From Thalia democratica (lineage: Eukaryota): a stretch of DNA of 64,000 bases. How positions within the stretch are numbered: the first letter of the stretch is position 1; the number at the start of each line of letters is the position of its first letter. Made by a program: the position numbers and the translations under genes. Of the stretch, positions 28,601 through 43,600 are shown one piece after another. Under the pieces are notes generated by a model. That model was not told where the DNA came from. It was given only the letters and a program-made list of their open reading frames with translations, and did no database searches. The stretch is taken from assembly GCA_965202585.1 (NCBI GenBank), contig OZ241827.1, positions 29,264,001-29,328,000 of the forward strand. Reading direction: 5' to 3'.

Positions 28601-31600
28601 TTAAATAAACTTTATTTTTTTAGCATTTAAGCGTTTAATTTTTGGCAGATAACTTCAATTATTAATATAGAATTTTATGTAAATATAAAAACAATAATAT
28701 ATGAACCAATTGTTTGTTTAAATTTTTAGTTTTTTTTAAATCTGGCACACTAGTTGTTAGAAACAAAAAAATAATTGATAAGTAAATTATAACTGCTTGA
28801 TTCATATAAAACGGACCGTGAAATATTTGGTTAAGTATTTTTATTTCAAAGGTAATTGAACAATGATTGAGCTGGCTGCGTTGTCAAAATTAAATACCAG
28901 CTTTTATATTTTGGTGTTTTAGTTCAACTTCCTGTTCAATCATAGTTTTCATATAAGGTTTTTACAATACTTAAACAAAATATTGTTGAGCGGCTTAAAC
29001 TAATAAGTTTATATTTATAGTAAACAAACAGAGATCGTGATATTTTTTTTATCAATGATAGTTCTCAAAGTTGAAGGTCGATTTCTAATCTCGTAAAGAT
29101 TACTAAACGGTTTTCGTACGCTTTTTAAAAAATTGGTATATTTAAAAAAAATATGGTAAGAATTAAATCTTTAGCTTTAAAATTTGTTTTATTAAACTTA
29201 ACTTTTACTTAAAATTAAATATGAACTAAGAATACATTTTTAAATCAAAATAAAATAAATCAAAGTTTAAAAAAATTAAAGTAGCAATACTACAATATCA
29301 AAAAAAGAATCATGCATATGAGATTATACATAGTAGGTACTTCAGGTTAATAAATAAAAAGTAAAAACCTAAGTATTTAACTCACATAAAAGTTCAAAAC
29401 ATAAAGTACTGGTATGTTACGGGCTTGATACACAGGTTAATTTTATTTGTGTTCATCGCAAAGTTGATTTAAAACTATTTGCTAAGAACTAACGTTGAAA
29501 CAGAGGGACCAGGTAAGTAAGCAGCTCTCACCAAAAATGTCTCAACATCAGTGAGCAACGTCATTAACTCATCTCTGGTAGCCTGTTCACCATTTTCATT
29601 TACCCAGTACTCCTGTTTTGATATCAAAAAGTAAAAAAAAATCGGAAAAACAAGTGATTTACACTTACTTATTGGTTTAGTATACATCGTGCAACATAAT
29701 GAACAATAAAGCATAAAAAAAATATTTCATTGAAATAAAATATAACGTTTATTAAACCGTACCTAATAGTTTATGTAAACAAAAAAATATATATTAACAG
29801 CAATATTTTTTAAGAAAGTAACTTTGAACAAAAATTATGCAAGTTTTAAAAGTTGAAAGAAGTAATCAATAGTATTTCAACGGAAGTTACTCAACAAAAC
29901 ATCTTAAAATAAGGAAGTATTATATAAAATGAGTAACTGTGATATGGAAACAGTCTTTTATATATGAGTTTATTCTACTAAAATTTGAGAAAAATAAAGA
30001 ATGTGTTATAAATATAACAAAAACTTTTTAAAAAACGTACTTCTCTAAATTTAACAGAAAACAAGTTGTCCGACCCTTCTAAGATGGTCTCGTCGCCCGT
30101 GTAACTTAGCCTGACTCCAGCACCTTCTAAAATCACGTTGTAGTCGTCAACAGGCCTCTGTTCGCCTCGAACAGACTCAAAGCTTACTGTGTAGTCGAAA
30201 TTTCCACCATACGACGTTAACTGTTGTATAACATTAAAAAAAATATTCAACTATTTTACTGTTATTTTTAAATTAAAAAACTAAAATCAACAGAAAATAA
30301 TTTTCTTTTTACTTGTTTATAAAGATTTCATAAAGTTAGTTTTAAAAGGTATAGTTAAGAAAAATATCTAAAATATAGGATAGGGGTCGGCAAACTTCGG
30401 CCGCGGGCCAAATGTTGCCTTCAAAGCCAAAATCTTCGGCCCGCGAGGTACTTTTCAGCAAAAAACAGACTTTTTTTTAAACAACTAAAAAAAAGGTTTT
30501 CATGATAAAAACTTACATTTAGACTCTGAGTTCCATGATAATTCATTACTAGTGCTCTTTCATAGCCTTATTTTATCACATTTTTTCGTTTAAAATAGTG
30601 ATTATATATTGATTACTATATTTATTTTAAATTAACTACGGTCTGCGAACAATATTTTATAAAATAATGGCCTTTGATTTATAAAAGGCACCCGACCCCT
30701 GATATAAGATCAGTTACAAAATTAAATAAAAACTTCTTTGTTTAAAAAAAAATTACAACCAAAAAAAAACGTAAACCGATTCCTTTTTCTATCAGTATGA
30801 GTGCTTTAAAAAGTTTAAAAAAATGACTACTAGATTTTCATAAGTAGCATAACAACAAGGTATTAAGTGAGATAAATAGTTAATTCTATCAACTTGTAGT
30901 ATTTTTATCAACAATCTCCGGTAACTAGAAAAACAAAATTCAGCAACAAAACTATTGTTTAATGTTTTTATAAAGGTAAACTAAAATAAATCTATTAAAT
31001 TAAGCTAAAATTGTATAAAATTATTTTATACTTTTTCTTATTGTAAACAACCACTATCTCGTTAACAATTACAATTTTCAGCATAAGAACTAAATTTGTA
31101 ATGCCTGGATGATTTCAAGTTTATCATAGCTGGCAGGTGATTAGACGAAAGTATTTAATCACATAACCTTAGTCTGATAATTTTTTTAAGTTTAAAAAAA
31201 AGAGAATCTGTGCATTGTTTGTTTTGTTGTTGGCTCAGCGTTTATCTCTCATTAAAATTACAACATATACTTTCCCAAACAATTATTTTAAGTTCCTTAT
31301 CTAAACAGATAACTTTTGGTTGATGTCAGTCTAGATTTGTCAATGAAAAAATTGACTACAAAAGAACCATTGCTTATCGTTTATGGTATCTTAAGCCGCT
31401 AATTTGAGATTAGATCTTCAAAGAAAGTTTTATTTTAAAACTTATAAAGAATTTGTCAGTTTATAATTATGATTTAAATACTTTTAATCATTAAAAATGA
31501 ACCATGACTTATAAAAATGCCTTAGTGTAAAATGTCTATACATAATTTAATTAAAGTATGTTAAGATAAAATTGAACCGTATACAATTGGCTAAATACAC

Positions 31601-34600
31601 AAAACAACAGTGTGTTCAATAATTAAAAAGAATACCCAGTTTACGTAACAAGCTATTAGTTTAAAAGTGAAGTTGAACAAACATTTTAGTTTTCTTTTTA
31701 TATAAATATAATATAGAATTATACTTTGTGAAAGTTTCAAATTTAATATATAAAGAAGAAAGTAAATACAAAGGGTACTTTTTATTTAGCTAACAAAATA
31801 TTCTTTTCACATATCTTAAAAGCATTTTCCAGAAAACATATTTTAAAACTTAAAGTTTACCTTGTTGCCAAGGAAACTTTCTTTTATACTCCAATACTGA
31901 ACTCCTTCACTTATACCTTCAAGTTGCACTGAGACACCTGTACTTTGTTCGTTTACTTTTATTAATGCAACTCTTCCGTAACTGTCCACTTTGTCACCTT
32001 CTTTGTGGATAGAAAATTGCTGGGAGTTGTAGTATTCAGGTTGTATCTGTAAAATTTATGAGGTTGAAAAACAACTTTAAACCCTAAATAAAACCAAAAT
32101 TCGAACTTATTATCTAAATAGATAGTGCTAAATAAGTTCCTAAAAATTAAATTATTTTTAAATTATGTTTGGCTATAAATTTAAAACCTCATTTCGTCTC
32201 AGACCAGAAGATTTACAGTTAGAAGTTTTGCCTGAACACCAACATGAGATGCAACCCTGCAAATTTTCTGCTGCCAGATAAAAAAATCCTGGTTTGCACT
32301 GACCACAGGAAGGTCCTTCGCATCCTGGCTGTTTGAAAAATATATACTTTATATTTTATACAATAATTTCAAATTTTGAACATACTACTTAATTATATCC
32401 ATTAGATACTTGGACTTCTATTATAGTACTTAAATAGTCTTATTAAAAATACGATAGAAAATTTTTGTGTTTTATGTAGTTTTAAGATCTATAAAACAAG
32501 TGAATCAAAATCTTGTTTTGATACCCTATGACATTTTTAAATTTCGAAACTTTTTCCTTAGAACTACACAAGTGTAGACAGAGTTTTATGATTATTCATG
32601 AATAGTTGAAACAAAATACCTTGCAGTTGCACTTGGACCTGGTGACACTGTGAGTGCCAGGCGTGTAACATCCGACCTCGGGAAGTTTCGTGCAAACTCC
32701 GTTCAGCATGGAGTATCCCTCCGCGCACTCATCGCAATCCACTCCGGCGTATCCCTGATCGCAGTCCGTTCTGGCTGGCGGGGTAGTTCTCCTTGGAGGC
32801 GGTGTCGGTTCCTCTTCGTTTCTTGTCGGGTCAACGATTTCAATTCTGCCTTCGTCTTCTATAAAAATAAATAAGAACTTTAATAAAAACAAAAATAGTT
32901 TAGAAAGTTAGTAGTCGAGTAAAAGTTTTTCTATACTGATTGCCTGATGTATATTGTATATAAATTTAAGTTTTTCTTAAACTTATTAAGATTAAAATAA
33001 TCATTTCAGGTATTTGTGTTGCGGTTTAACAGAATCAAAACAACAACTAACTACCTTGGCAAACTTTTGATTTGTTTTCATGGTGGGCTAATAAAAAATT
33101 GGCGCTTAAACTCGTTAATTAAGCATGTAATTCTTGTAATTCAAGTGTGAGATTCTAGCAAGCTTGAATCAAACAAATGATTTAACCTTAACTGTTGACA
33201 GAATAAATTCAGTATAAAAATGTGATTTTGTTGTTAGCTACGCACTTTGATTGGCACAAAGTTTATATACATTCTGCTACAAAAGTTAATAGTTGTCTTA
33301 TGATACTTAAATGCAATAATTATTAAAAAAAAAAGTATTTAATTCAACAAGAACTTACTATAATTTTTATTCAAGCATACTGTACAATAAATAACCCACC
33401 GTCGTCATGACGGTCATCAATTTTTTCTTTCCCTTTCTCCTGGTTTTCATTAGGGTCTTTGTTGTTATCATTTTTATCTTTGTTTTTGTCTTTTTTATCA
33501 CCATTCTTGTTTTCTTTCAACTTGAGAAAATTGTCCGTAGGCTGACAAGTTTCGTCATTTGATCTTTCATAACCTTCTGCGCACAACTGTTTGAAATAGT
33601 TTTATTTCTACGTTTTTTCAAACAACTGCTTGTTTTTACTATAAAATAATAAGTGTTAAGACAGGTGATCATAATACTTTTTGTGTTTGTAAATGAGTTA
33701 TTATAAAAAAATCACCAAGAACTTAATTAATTGTACTTTTTACTTAAATTATTGAAAACTTTGTTTTATACAGCACAGTTTTTAAAAATTAGTAACAGGC
33801 TTGTTTTGATTCTATTAGAAGTATTAATGTGTTCACTATTTAAAAATAAAATGAACTACATTTAAAACAACGTATGAATTTTATGTAAACTTTTATTTTT
33901 ATAGTTTTGTTTATTTTTTTTCCTTTTAGTTAATAAATAAAAAAGAATTTATATATATATTACAGCAATTTAAGAATCTATAAAAAACGTATTTAACCTG
34001 TTCTAATTATTGTAAATTTAACTTTTAACGGAACACTAATTTTAAACGTTATTTACTTTCTAAATACTATTTTACAACTTCTTCTTGATTTAATTTTAAA
34101 ATATTTAAATTACAATTTATTTGTACCTGACATGAGTCACCAGCGTATTCTGGCGGACAATTGCAAACTTCAACCATGGACATTTCATTACCGCTTGCTC
34201 CCAATGCTCCATTATACCTGTCACCATCTACACTTGATGTATCCAATACGATGTTGCCAAGTCTACAAAAAAACGTTTAGTTTAATTGAAATGTTGTAAG
34301 CCGTACGGGTTAGATAAAGTAACAAAATAAGGCAGTACAATTTTTGTTTTTTTATTTATATCTATTGATACGCTACAACTATTGTAAAAAAAACAGTTTA
34401 AAAAAATAACTTTTCTATATTTTGTTATTTTCTCATGTTTTATATTCATAAATTTTTTTTCAGCACAACTAATTTATAAAAGTTTAACTGTTTGAAATAT
34501 AAATAATCACCCAGTATTAATTTGATTCTCATCATAAGTTGTCCTTATCATAACTTTATTGAGATCTTGTATGACATTCATAAAATCGTTTCTAGTTACA

Positions 34601-37600
34601 GCATCACCAAATTTATCTTTCCAATTACGCTGTTTAAAATTTTATAATTATACTTGATTATTTAATAAATACATTACAAATAAAAACTATTTTTTCTTAT
34701 GTTTTAAAGTACGCTGTAGTTTATCAAAATGCTTAAAATAGATTTAATTTTTTTACAGTCACAATATTATTATCAAATTTTCATAAAAAATATAGTTAAA
34801 ATTACCTAATTAAATTACTAAGTAAAAAGTAGTTAAGTTTTTTCAATAAGTTGTTTCATAATTAAACCAAAGTACTAAAACTGCGATAAATGCAGCATAA
34901 ACCCTTTAAAAAAATCTTGTTATATCTATAAAAAGTTAAAAAAATCAAGTTAAAAGTATTCAAAAAAATACCTCATCAAGAACGACATTCTGAGTGTGCT
35001 TGGTACCATTTGATGGATGACTTTCTTCGTTTGCATAATATAATCTCTTTTTGTTCTTGCCCTCTAAAATAACATCCGTCCCCTTAATCGGCTTATTTTT
35101 GTCTCTCATAGAAGTGTTATAAGTGAATTCGTATTTTAAAGTGCCCCCATAACTTCCGATCTGTGAAAAGTTTTAATAAGTTTTCTTTGCTTAATGCTAC
35201 AATATGTTATACTTTGTTATATTTTGTTATAAAACTAAGTAAACATCTACTGAAAGTACTTAAAAATTTACTCAAATAAAAAATAATCAAGTTGCTAAAA
35301 TCTTCAAAACTACCTTGACGCCTGTAAACATTGCTGGCAATGCGAAGTAGTGCGCCTTAGCAAGAAACCTCTTAGAAAGATCGATAAGCATGAGCATGTT
35401 GGTGTCAGGATCAACTTTTATTTGGTTCTTGTTAACCGGAGACTTGGGTGATTTGCCGTGTGGGATGTTTTCGGGAGTCAGTGTCACTCCATGCTGTTCT
35501 TCTGGCTCTTCAAATGCAACTACCAGCTAAAGTAAAACAAAATTTGTATTAAGCTACATAACTAAAATTTGTTTTTAATTATTTAATAAATAATTTTCAA
35601 AAAAATTAATGTTGTCAACTAAATCTTTTTGCATGTAAACTTTTGTGTTCAATTCATAAAGAGACAATAAGAAAAAAATATAAAACTCTAGAGTTGTAAA
35701 ATTATTTTCTAAAATTTTGTGCTTTGCTGCCGACAAATATGATAACATTAAAATTACTGACTGGTTCTGCTTGCTTGGTAACTCCTTTGCAGTCGCTAGA
35801 AAGTCCTGAACACCAGCAAGGCTTGCACAATTCGTCTCCATAGTAATCTACAGCTAAAAATTCTCCTTCTAGGCAGGCTTGTTCTGTTTAAAGTACATTT
35901 ATAAAATAAACTTTATAAAATAAAGTGCTTTAAATTTTTTCTTAAGCAATTTGCTTTTAATAAGTAAAATGTTTTAATAGTTGTAATACTAGTACCAAAC
36001 ATTGCTCTTAATAAATATGTAAACTTATAGTCTTTTTTGTCCTAAAAGCCAACAGTTTTTTAACTACTATTTTTCGATAAAAAAATTAAAACATATTAGA
36101 AATATCATTTAGATCTTTTGTGACAAGTTTATCATAGAACAAATATAGTATGACTTAAACAAACTATTATTTTAACTTACTTGCTTTTGGAGTAACGCTT
36201 ACAATTGAATCTGGAGTAGCTAACTTTGTTCCAACAGCATTTATCGCCTGGCAACTGTAAGCTCCTTGGTCTGATAGTTGAATATTCCTGTGATAATTTT
36301 TTTAAATTTTGCTAGAAAATAAGTAAATCATTTTTAAAGTTGTAGCTCTAGTACCCTAAAATAGTTTCAGAAAGACTTAAAAATAAAATAAATACGAGTC
36401 ATTTATATTATAAATTTTTGAAGTAAAACAACTATTCTGAAACGCCATATTTAATTATTATATTCTATAGTGATTTTTGTAAAACTTCTTATGATATAAA
36501 CTGGAATGAGCTTGTAAGATTTTTAGCCATTATAAACGCAAACACTATATTTGTGATTTATCACTTAAAGTAAACACTGCCAAGTGCTCTACAAAAGCTT
36601 TAAAATAAGCAACGCATTATTTAACCTATTTTAAATTAGTGCTTAAGAAATTATTTGTAATTTATATTTAGATGTATCACTTTTATAAAGGTTTTACAAT
36701 TTTTTAAATATTATTTCGATATAGGCTAAGAATGTTTTAATTTTTTTGTGTAAAACACATAAATTTAACATATAAACTCTTCTTTTTGATGACAATAAAT
36801 TGAAGAGAAATTTAATTTACCTCGCTAGTTCTGTTTAGAGCAATAAAGATAAATTATATGTTACATCTAATAACGTCTACGTAAATAATTTATTACTTAC
36901 TGATATTCCTAAAAATGTACTTTTTTAAATAAAAATAAAATTACTTATATGTAAATTTCCAAAGTTTTACCACATATAAATACTTAGCTTCTTTTAAAAT
37001 ATATAGTGCTTTGCTGATAAAAATAAAACATCAGTTAAAAATGTTTAGAAAAAATTACCTAATAGTCAAGGTTCCCGTTCCATCAACTGACGTCATGGTG
37101 ACGCGGGGTGGAGAGGGTACGTTGTCCCAGTTGAGCCTCCAAGTGACGACAGGAGTCGGAAATCCAATAGACTTGCAGTGGAGGATCACTTCATCACCCT
37201 CAGTGGCGTTGACGAACCTCCTCGGCAGCTCTGTAACTTCCGGCTTTGCTGTGAATGTTTGCACACATAAGCATTTTTGATATAGTATGCCGCTGGGTTT
37301 CGTATGATACATTTTACGGTCGTTAAAGTTGCTAGCTAAATCTCTCTTAATTAATATTTCATGTCTTGGCTACCTTCAAAAAACTGGTGTTTCCATATGT
37401 TAAGACTGTTTAAAAATTACGTACAACATTTTGTAGAAGTAAAATACACATTGCAAATTTTTAGTTTATTAGACGCCTTTTCGACTTTACATCAGTCAGT
37501 AGTCACACCACATTAGTAATTGTAATAATTGTAAAAATGAAAGTTTAACTGTTAACAAATTTGATATTTTAAAATAATGTAGAAATAAACTTGAGACTCT

Positions 37601-40600
37601 GATCAGTGAAGCTGTTTTAATTAAACGTTATAATCCAATTTAAAACAAACAATTAACTAAACCGGGTTAAATCCACACACTAAGAATTTTGATTGTTGAA
37701 TATATATTTTTTTAACAATGTATAAGTATTTATGTAACCTCTAATTTTACTGTAATTTATAATTATAATATATAACTGTTTATATGAATTTTATATATTT
37801 AGTTTTTAACACAAATTTTTAGTTATTTTGCACAGTTTTGTTATTGATAGTTACTGATGAAAAGTCGAAACGGCGGCTAATAAACTATAAATTTGCAATG
37901 TGTATCTCTTTAAAATGGTATTTGAAGTTTATAAAAGAGTTTCTTTAAGTAGAACGTTAATAATAAAATGTATTATTTTAATAAAGTACATTTTAAACCG
38001 CACTCTAAGTTCATAGTTAAAGGTAAATTAATTTCTATTGATGAAGTTTGTCTATTTTCACTTTTGAAAATATGTATATAACTTTTTGTATCTATGCCCT
38101 TAGTTTAAGAATTACCTGGCCTGTTTAATTATCATTTATAAATATTTTATAAGTGTAAGTAAATTGTATTCAAACTAAGTATTAGTAAAACAGGTTATTG
38201 CTACAGCATGATTTTACAAATAAGGTGTTTTTTTTAATTTATATATTAAAAAAAAAAACTTCTGGCATAATTTTAGTCTGCTTTATCAGTATAAGTCCAT
38301 ATTTTTTTAGCTTTTAATAATCTAATCAAAACTATTTACTAAAGAATAAAAATACATGTACACCACCCAATAAATTTTTTTGTATAATCTTTATATAAAA
38401 AAAAAAGAATATGGTTTTTACTTATCAACAATATTCTTATATTTTAAAAATGTCAATACTATATAAGGTGATAAACTAAAATTATTTCTATAAGTATCAC
38501 AAAACGTCTTATATTGTTAAAAGTTATTAAAAAGTAGATAGAAATCTAAATACTATAATTAAGTCGAAATTAGCCTCTCATATTATCTTTATATTCTAAA
38601 TTTATTTTAGCACAGTTAAACTTTAAACAAAAAGGTAGACCTACTTTTAGATTAAAAAATGTTTTAAAATTAAGTCTCATAGAAGTTGATGATATACTAT
38701 TTTAAATATTTTAAACTGCTATGAGACTATATTACTACTAAATAATACTAAACTTTAAAAGCTGATTAGCGCTACCTGACATGAAAAACCTTAAACCTTG
38801 ATTTACTTCAGAGTTAAACTAAGTTTAATTGAACTTTAATGTTTTCTTATCCTTCTGAGAAACCTTTGCAAACTAAGTTTAAATTTATCTTTAATTTTTA
38901 CTTAAAAAACTATAAAAATTTTAAGTTTGATAAGTCGGTCTATTATCAAAATAAAAATAACTTTTTAAAAACATTCTAAGTGAGTCGTTTTTCTACCAAA
39001 TATAATCTTTAAAAACTAAAAAAAATATTAAACAGCTACGAGTTTTTTTATACCTGTCTTTTTATAGTTTAGTTTCTAATTAATTAAATGCTTTTTAGGT
39101 TTGCTTTTCGGTAAAACAATAATTTTAACTAAAAAAAAAAAGTTACTCAATTAAAAAACTTATACAAAGATACTGACCGCATCCTTGCTCGTCTGAAGCA
39201 TCATTGCAGTCTGACTCTCCATCACACAAGTAACTTTTCGGGATGCACAATCCGTCGTCATGACATTGGAACTCCGTACCCTGGCAACTTTCCCCTAGTT
39301 TTGCTGCAGCTGCAAAAATCAGTTGTTTAGTGTAAAGTAAAAAGAGCTGCTAAATGTTCACTGATTTTTTTCTTTTCCAAAAAGTTTAAGCTATAAGTTT
39401 TCAACGCATTAATTAATTTAGTGTTGAATTTATTCATTCTATGCACAAAAATACTATTAACACAACAGCTATCCTTTTAATTGTATTTTATCCGTTAAAC
39501 ACTGTACTGATTTATCTGTACTGTCTTTATATTGATTTTTAAAGCTTTAAGAAATCTAGTTCGTTGCTATTTTTTATACAATTATATTTTATAATTATAA
39601 AAAAATTCGATAAACTAAAAGCTTGAATGGTTCCAAAGTATCGAAAACAGTATAATTTTTGATTAATGAATTTATTATCTAAGATTATTTGATGTAAAAA
39701 TGTTTATAAGATTAATAAAATTTAATGTTCAAGATAAAGTCTAATGTATAAATATATAAGCAGAAAAATTAAAAAATATGTTTTGTAATAACACAAATAA
39801 AAAGTTTGTTAAACTGTATTTGTAAAAGCTATGTTGAATGTAATATGAATTTTTTTTTTTTTTTATAACATTATCGGCTAGCTATTTAAAAAGTTAGTTT
39901 TGTTGTGTTTTCAAAAATTGCTTTAAAGTTTATTTAGCTAATATCAAATAGGCTTTAAAAACGGTCTGTTTGGACTGAACAATATAAACCCTGCAGCAGC
40001 TGTTAGCATTCTCTATGAATAAGGAGCTTTACTTTCAATACATCAAAGCTCGCAAATATGCTTTCTAAATAATACTTCTTGGCAATTATCCGCTAAACTA
40101 TTTCAACATCACGATTTTTCATTAGTTCGCATGTTTATTTTGCTACTTCAATAAGAACATTTGGTATGTATTTTTAAAGCGCTCTAAAAAGTATACACAA
40201 TACGTGTTTGTATTTAAAAACAAACTATTATTGAAATGATAAAATTTAAAATTTTGATTTGCATATTTGTTTGACATTTAGTGATAATTAAAGGCAAAAA
40301 AGTACTATAATTTATTTATTTTTTTGATTTTTATGTATAAGAAGCTTTTATGTCTAAAGTTTAATTAATAGCAGTATGATTGCTGCAATGTTGTTACTCG
40401 TTTAAATACATTTAAACATCGTTATTTATTATCATCCGCCTTCGAAAGTCAAACTTAAACACATAAAGAAGCATTTTTTTGATATTCAACTGAAATTAAA
40501 AGTGTTCATCATAATAGTCAACTGTACAGTTTTTTTTTTGTAGAAAATTATGTACTTGTTGAATAAATTTCATTACACATTTTGCATGCTAAAATCTAGA

Positions 40601-43600
40601 CGTCTGTTGTTAAAGGTAAAGAGAAATTTCCGACCTTGTCTACTACTACTACATAGTAATGCGAGACCTATTTATATGCCAGCATTGGAAATTTAAATCA
40701 TCTGACGAATATAGATTGCAAAAAGTTTTAGGTTACTAAAAACTAATCATTTAATTCATAAATACTAAAATTAAGCCTACAAATAAAACGAATTTGACCT
40801 GCAGCTTGCCTTAACTTGTTATACGGCAGTATGTCGATCAATAATAATAAATTATGTATACTTTTAAATATAGAAAACATTTGTCGAAATGCTTATTTAT
40901 TTGCATTTAGTCTATAGTTATATTATATTGTTTTGAATTAGATGCTTAAAACTTACGTTTTTTTTTTATTGAATATTAAAAATTTTACGATAAGTATTAA
41001 AAAAAGTTTCGGAAGTTAAAACAGAACACTTAAAACCAATATAAGTTTTAAAATTAAAAAGAGTAACGTTCTGTTGATTTATCTTAATTTTATTTTTATT
41101 CACTTACTATTTTGTTCTAACAACTAAACTTTTCTTTAAAGTATTTATTTTTTTGCAAAATAATAAATTTTAAAAAAGATGCAAATTCAACTATCGTGAG
41201 TTTTCAAAACTTTAGTAAAAATAATTATTCAAATTGAACGCAGTTTTACTTAGAAATAAGATAACTCACGACATTCTTGTTCGTCAAATCCATTCATACA
41301 ATCGTTGTCACCATCACACTTCCAAATTAGTTGTTTACACTCTCCTGTTCCAATACACATAAATTCCTCTGGGTGGCATTTCCTATGCTCATCTGTGACA
41401 CGTTTAACGTTATACTCATTAAAAAATAAATATATAATATTTATTGTCATTAAGATAAGTTAACAAGCTACATAGGCAAATCAATACTATATTGAAAGTA
41501 AAGAATAGTAAAGTTTGTTTAATAAATTATTTTTAATAACTAGGATTTTAGGTACAGTATGTTTCAATATTTTTAACCAAGCGAAGCGAAAGTTGATAAA
41601 ATAAAACGTTTTTTTGTGTAAGCTTGAACTTCAGTTGTTTTTTATATCGCAAAAATTTATACTGAAAGTCTTACGTAGGTTCTTATCACAAGTAGCTGGC
41701 TCATCACTACCATCTAGACAATCAGGAGTTCCATCGCAAATTCGCTTCCTGTCAATGCACTGCAGGTTTCTGCACGTTGCCTGGTCAGGTCCACACGGCT
41801 GGTTTGAAATTTGTGTAGTTGTAGTGGGTCTGACAGTAGTAGTGGTTTGTTTTCTTGTTGTAGTCCTGTAAAACAAAAACCCTCAGTTCGATTTGTTGAT
41901 TAATAGTTCTAAAATTTGTTTGTAGAAGTTCTTTTGTTGCTGAAACTTCACTATCTTATGTTTGTTTTGTTGATAATTTAGTAAAATAAAACTTTTTATC
42001 TCTTTTTCAAGAGAGTAAACAACTTTCTAAGTCTAAAAACTTAAGCAATTTTAAAAGATTTTATCTAAAAATACTTTTGTTGTTAATTTATTTAAGGTTT
42101 TTTATCTAAGACGCGGTTTGAACAAGCGATGAAATTTTGAATTCTTAGATAAAACTTAAGTAGGTGTGAAATAAAAAATTTTAACTTTTTGGTTTGTTTA
42201 TCTTTCCTTTTTTTTTTGAGTATTAAAACAAAATTATAATTTTATTTGTATGAAATAAGTACTGCAAAGGGCTTTAATAAGTTAAAACTAATAGATTAAT
42301 AGCTATCTATTATACTAAGAGGTATTTGTTTTATAAAATCACTTTAATTATTAACCAACTTTTTTGTTGTTTTAGGAGCTTTGGTTGTCGTGGTTGATTT
42401 TTTTGAGGTATCCTCTGTGTTAAATGGTTTTGGCTGTAAAATATAATATATTATAGCTAAGCTTTCTTGATTAAAACTGGATACTAAACTATTAAAAGTG
42501 CTAAACTAAATCAAGAGTCAATATATATGAAGCTTTTAATATAAAAGTTTTAATATAAAGCTTTTAAATTATATACATATATATTTATTTGTTTTTTTAC
42601 TGAGTTGCTAAAATTTTATCAAATATAATTTATTGTGAACTGGTTTAGTGTTACTCCATTGCTACCAATTTATTATTGAATTTAAACAGAAAAGTTTGAG
42701 CTTCTATTCTTTATTTTTTCATTGTTCTTTTGTCAGGCATATGTTTTTTTATTGCAATCATTGAAAAATTATACATTTTTTCATAAAAGCATATTCTAAT
42801 CAGATAAAACATTCTAGACTTTAATGATACATTACTTTTATTGATGATACATATGGTAGTTAAATTTAGTAAAGTTCGTAGTTACATAAAAATGTTTTTT
42901 CATCAGATAGTGTTTTCTTAGATAACTTTTAAGCCGTATTAACAAAAGCTCTTTTCTATTTTATTTTTCCTTTGGCTACGGTCTAAAAAATCGTTTGATT
43001 AAATAATAAATGTAAACAAGTAAAAAAGGAACTACAAAAACTTTAAAGTAGAAGTAATTAGCTTAAATATTTGCCTTTTTATTAACATTTGTATATTTTT
43101 TTGCCTACAGAAGACAATAATACTTTTTCAAATGTTGTTTGCACAAAATGTATCTTTTATTTAACAGAAATGTTTACAATTTTGTAATTAAAACCGTAGC
43201 AACCTCTTCATCCTTTATGCCTTAGTTCATATCTTATAAGAAATTAAACACAGTTAAACGTTTCGAATACGTTAATGATAGGTTTATTAATATTTCAGCA
43301 GTTATCGAAAAAGTTACCATGCTAGCATAAACAACTTCATGGTCCAATGATTTGTAAGAGGCGATTTTGAAATATGAGAGAGAGAGTTAGAACTTTAAGT
43401 AACGAATAATAATGACAAAGAGCTAAAACCGCCGGTGTGTTATTGTTTTCTTACCCACACCGGCTAATTCATAGTGAAAATTTGCTGTCACAAAACAAAA
43501 GATAGGTGTGTGTCCGACCCAAACAAAGGCAATTCTTAGGTTTAGAAACAATTGCTATTTCAAAAAAGTTCAATGAAACCTATCCATGAGTTGTGATAAA

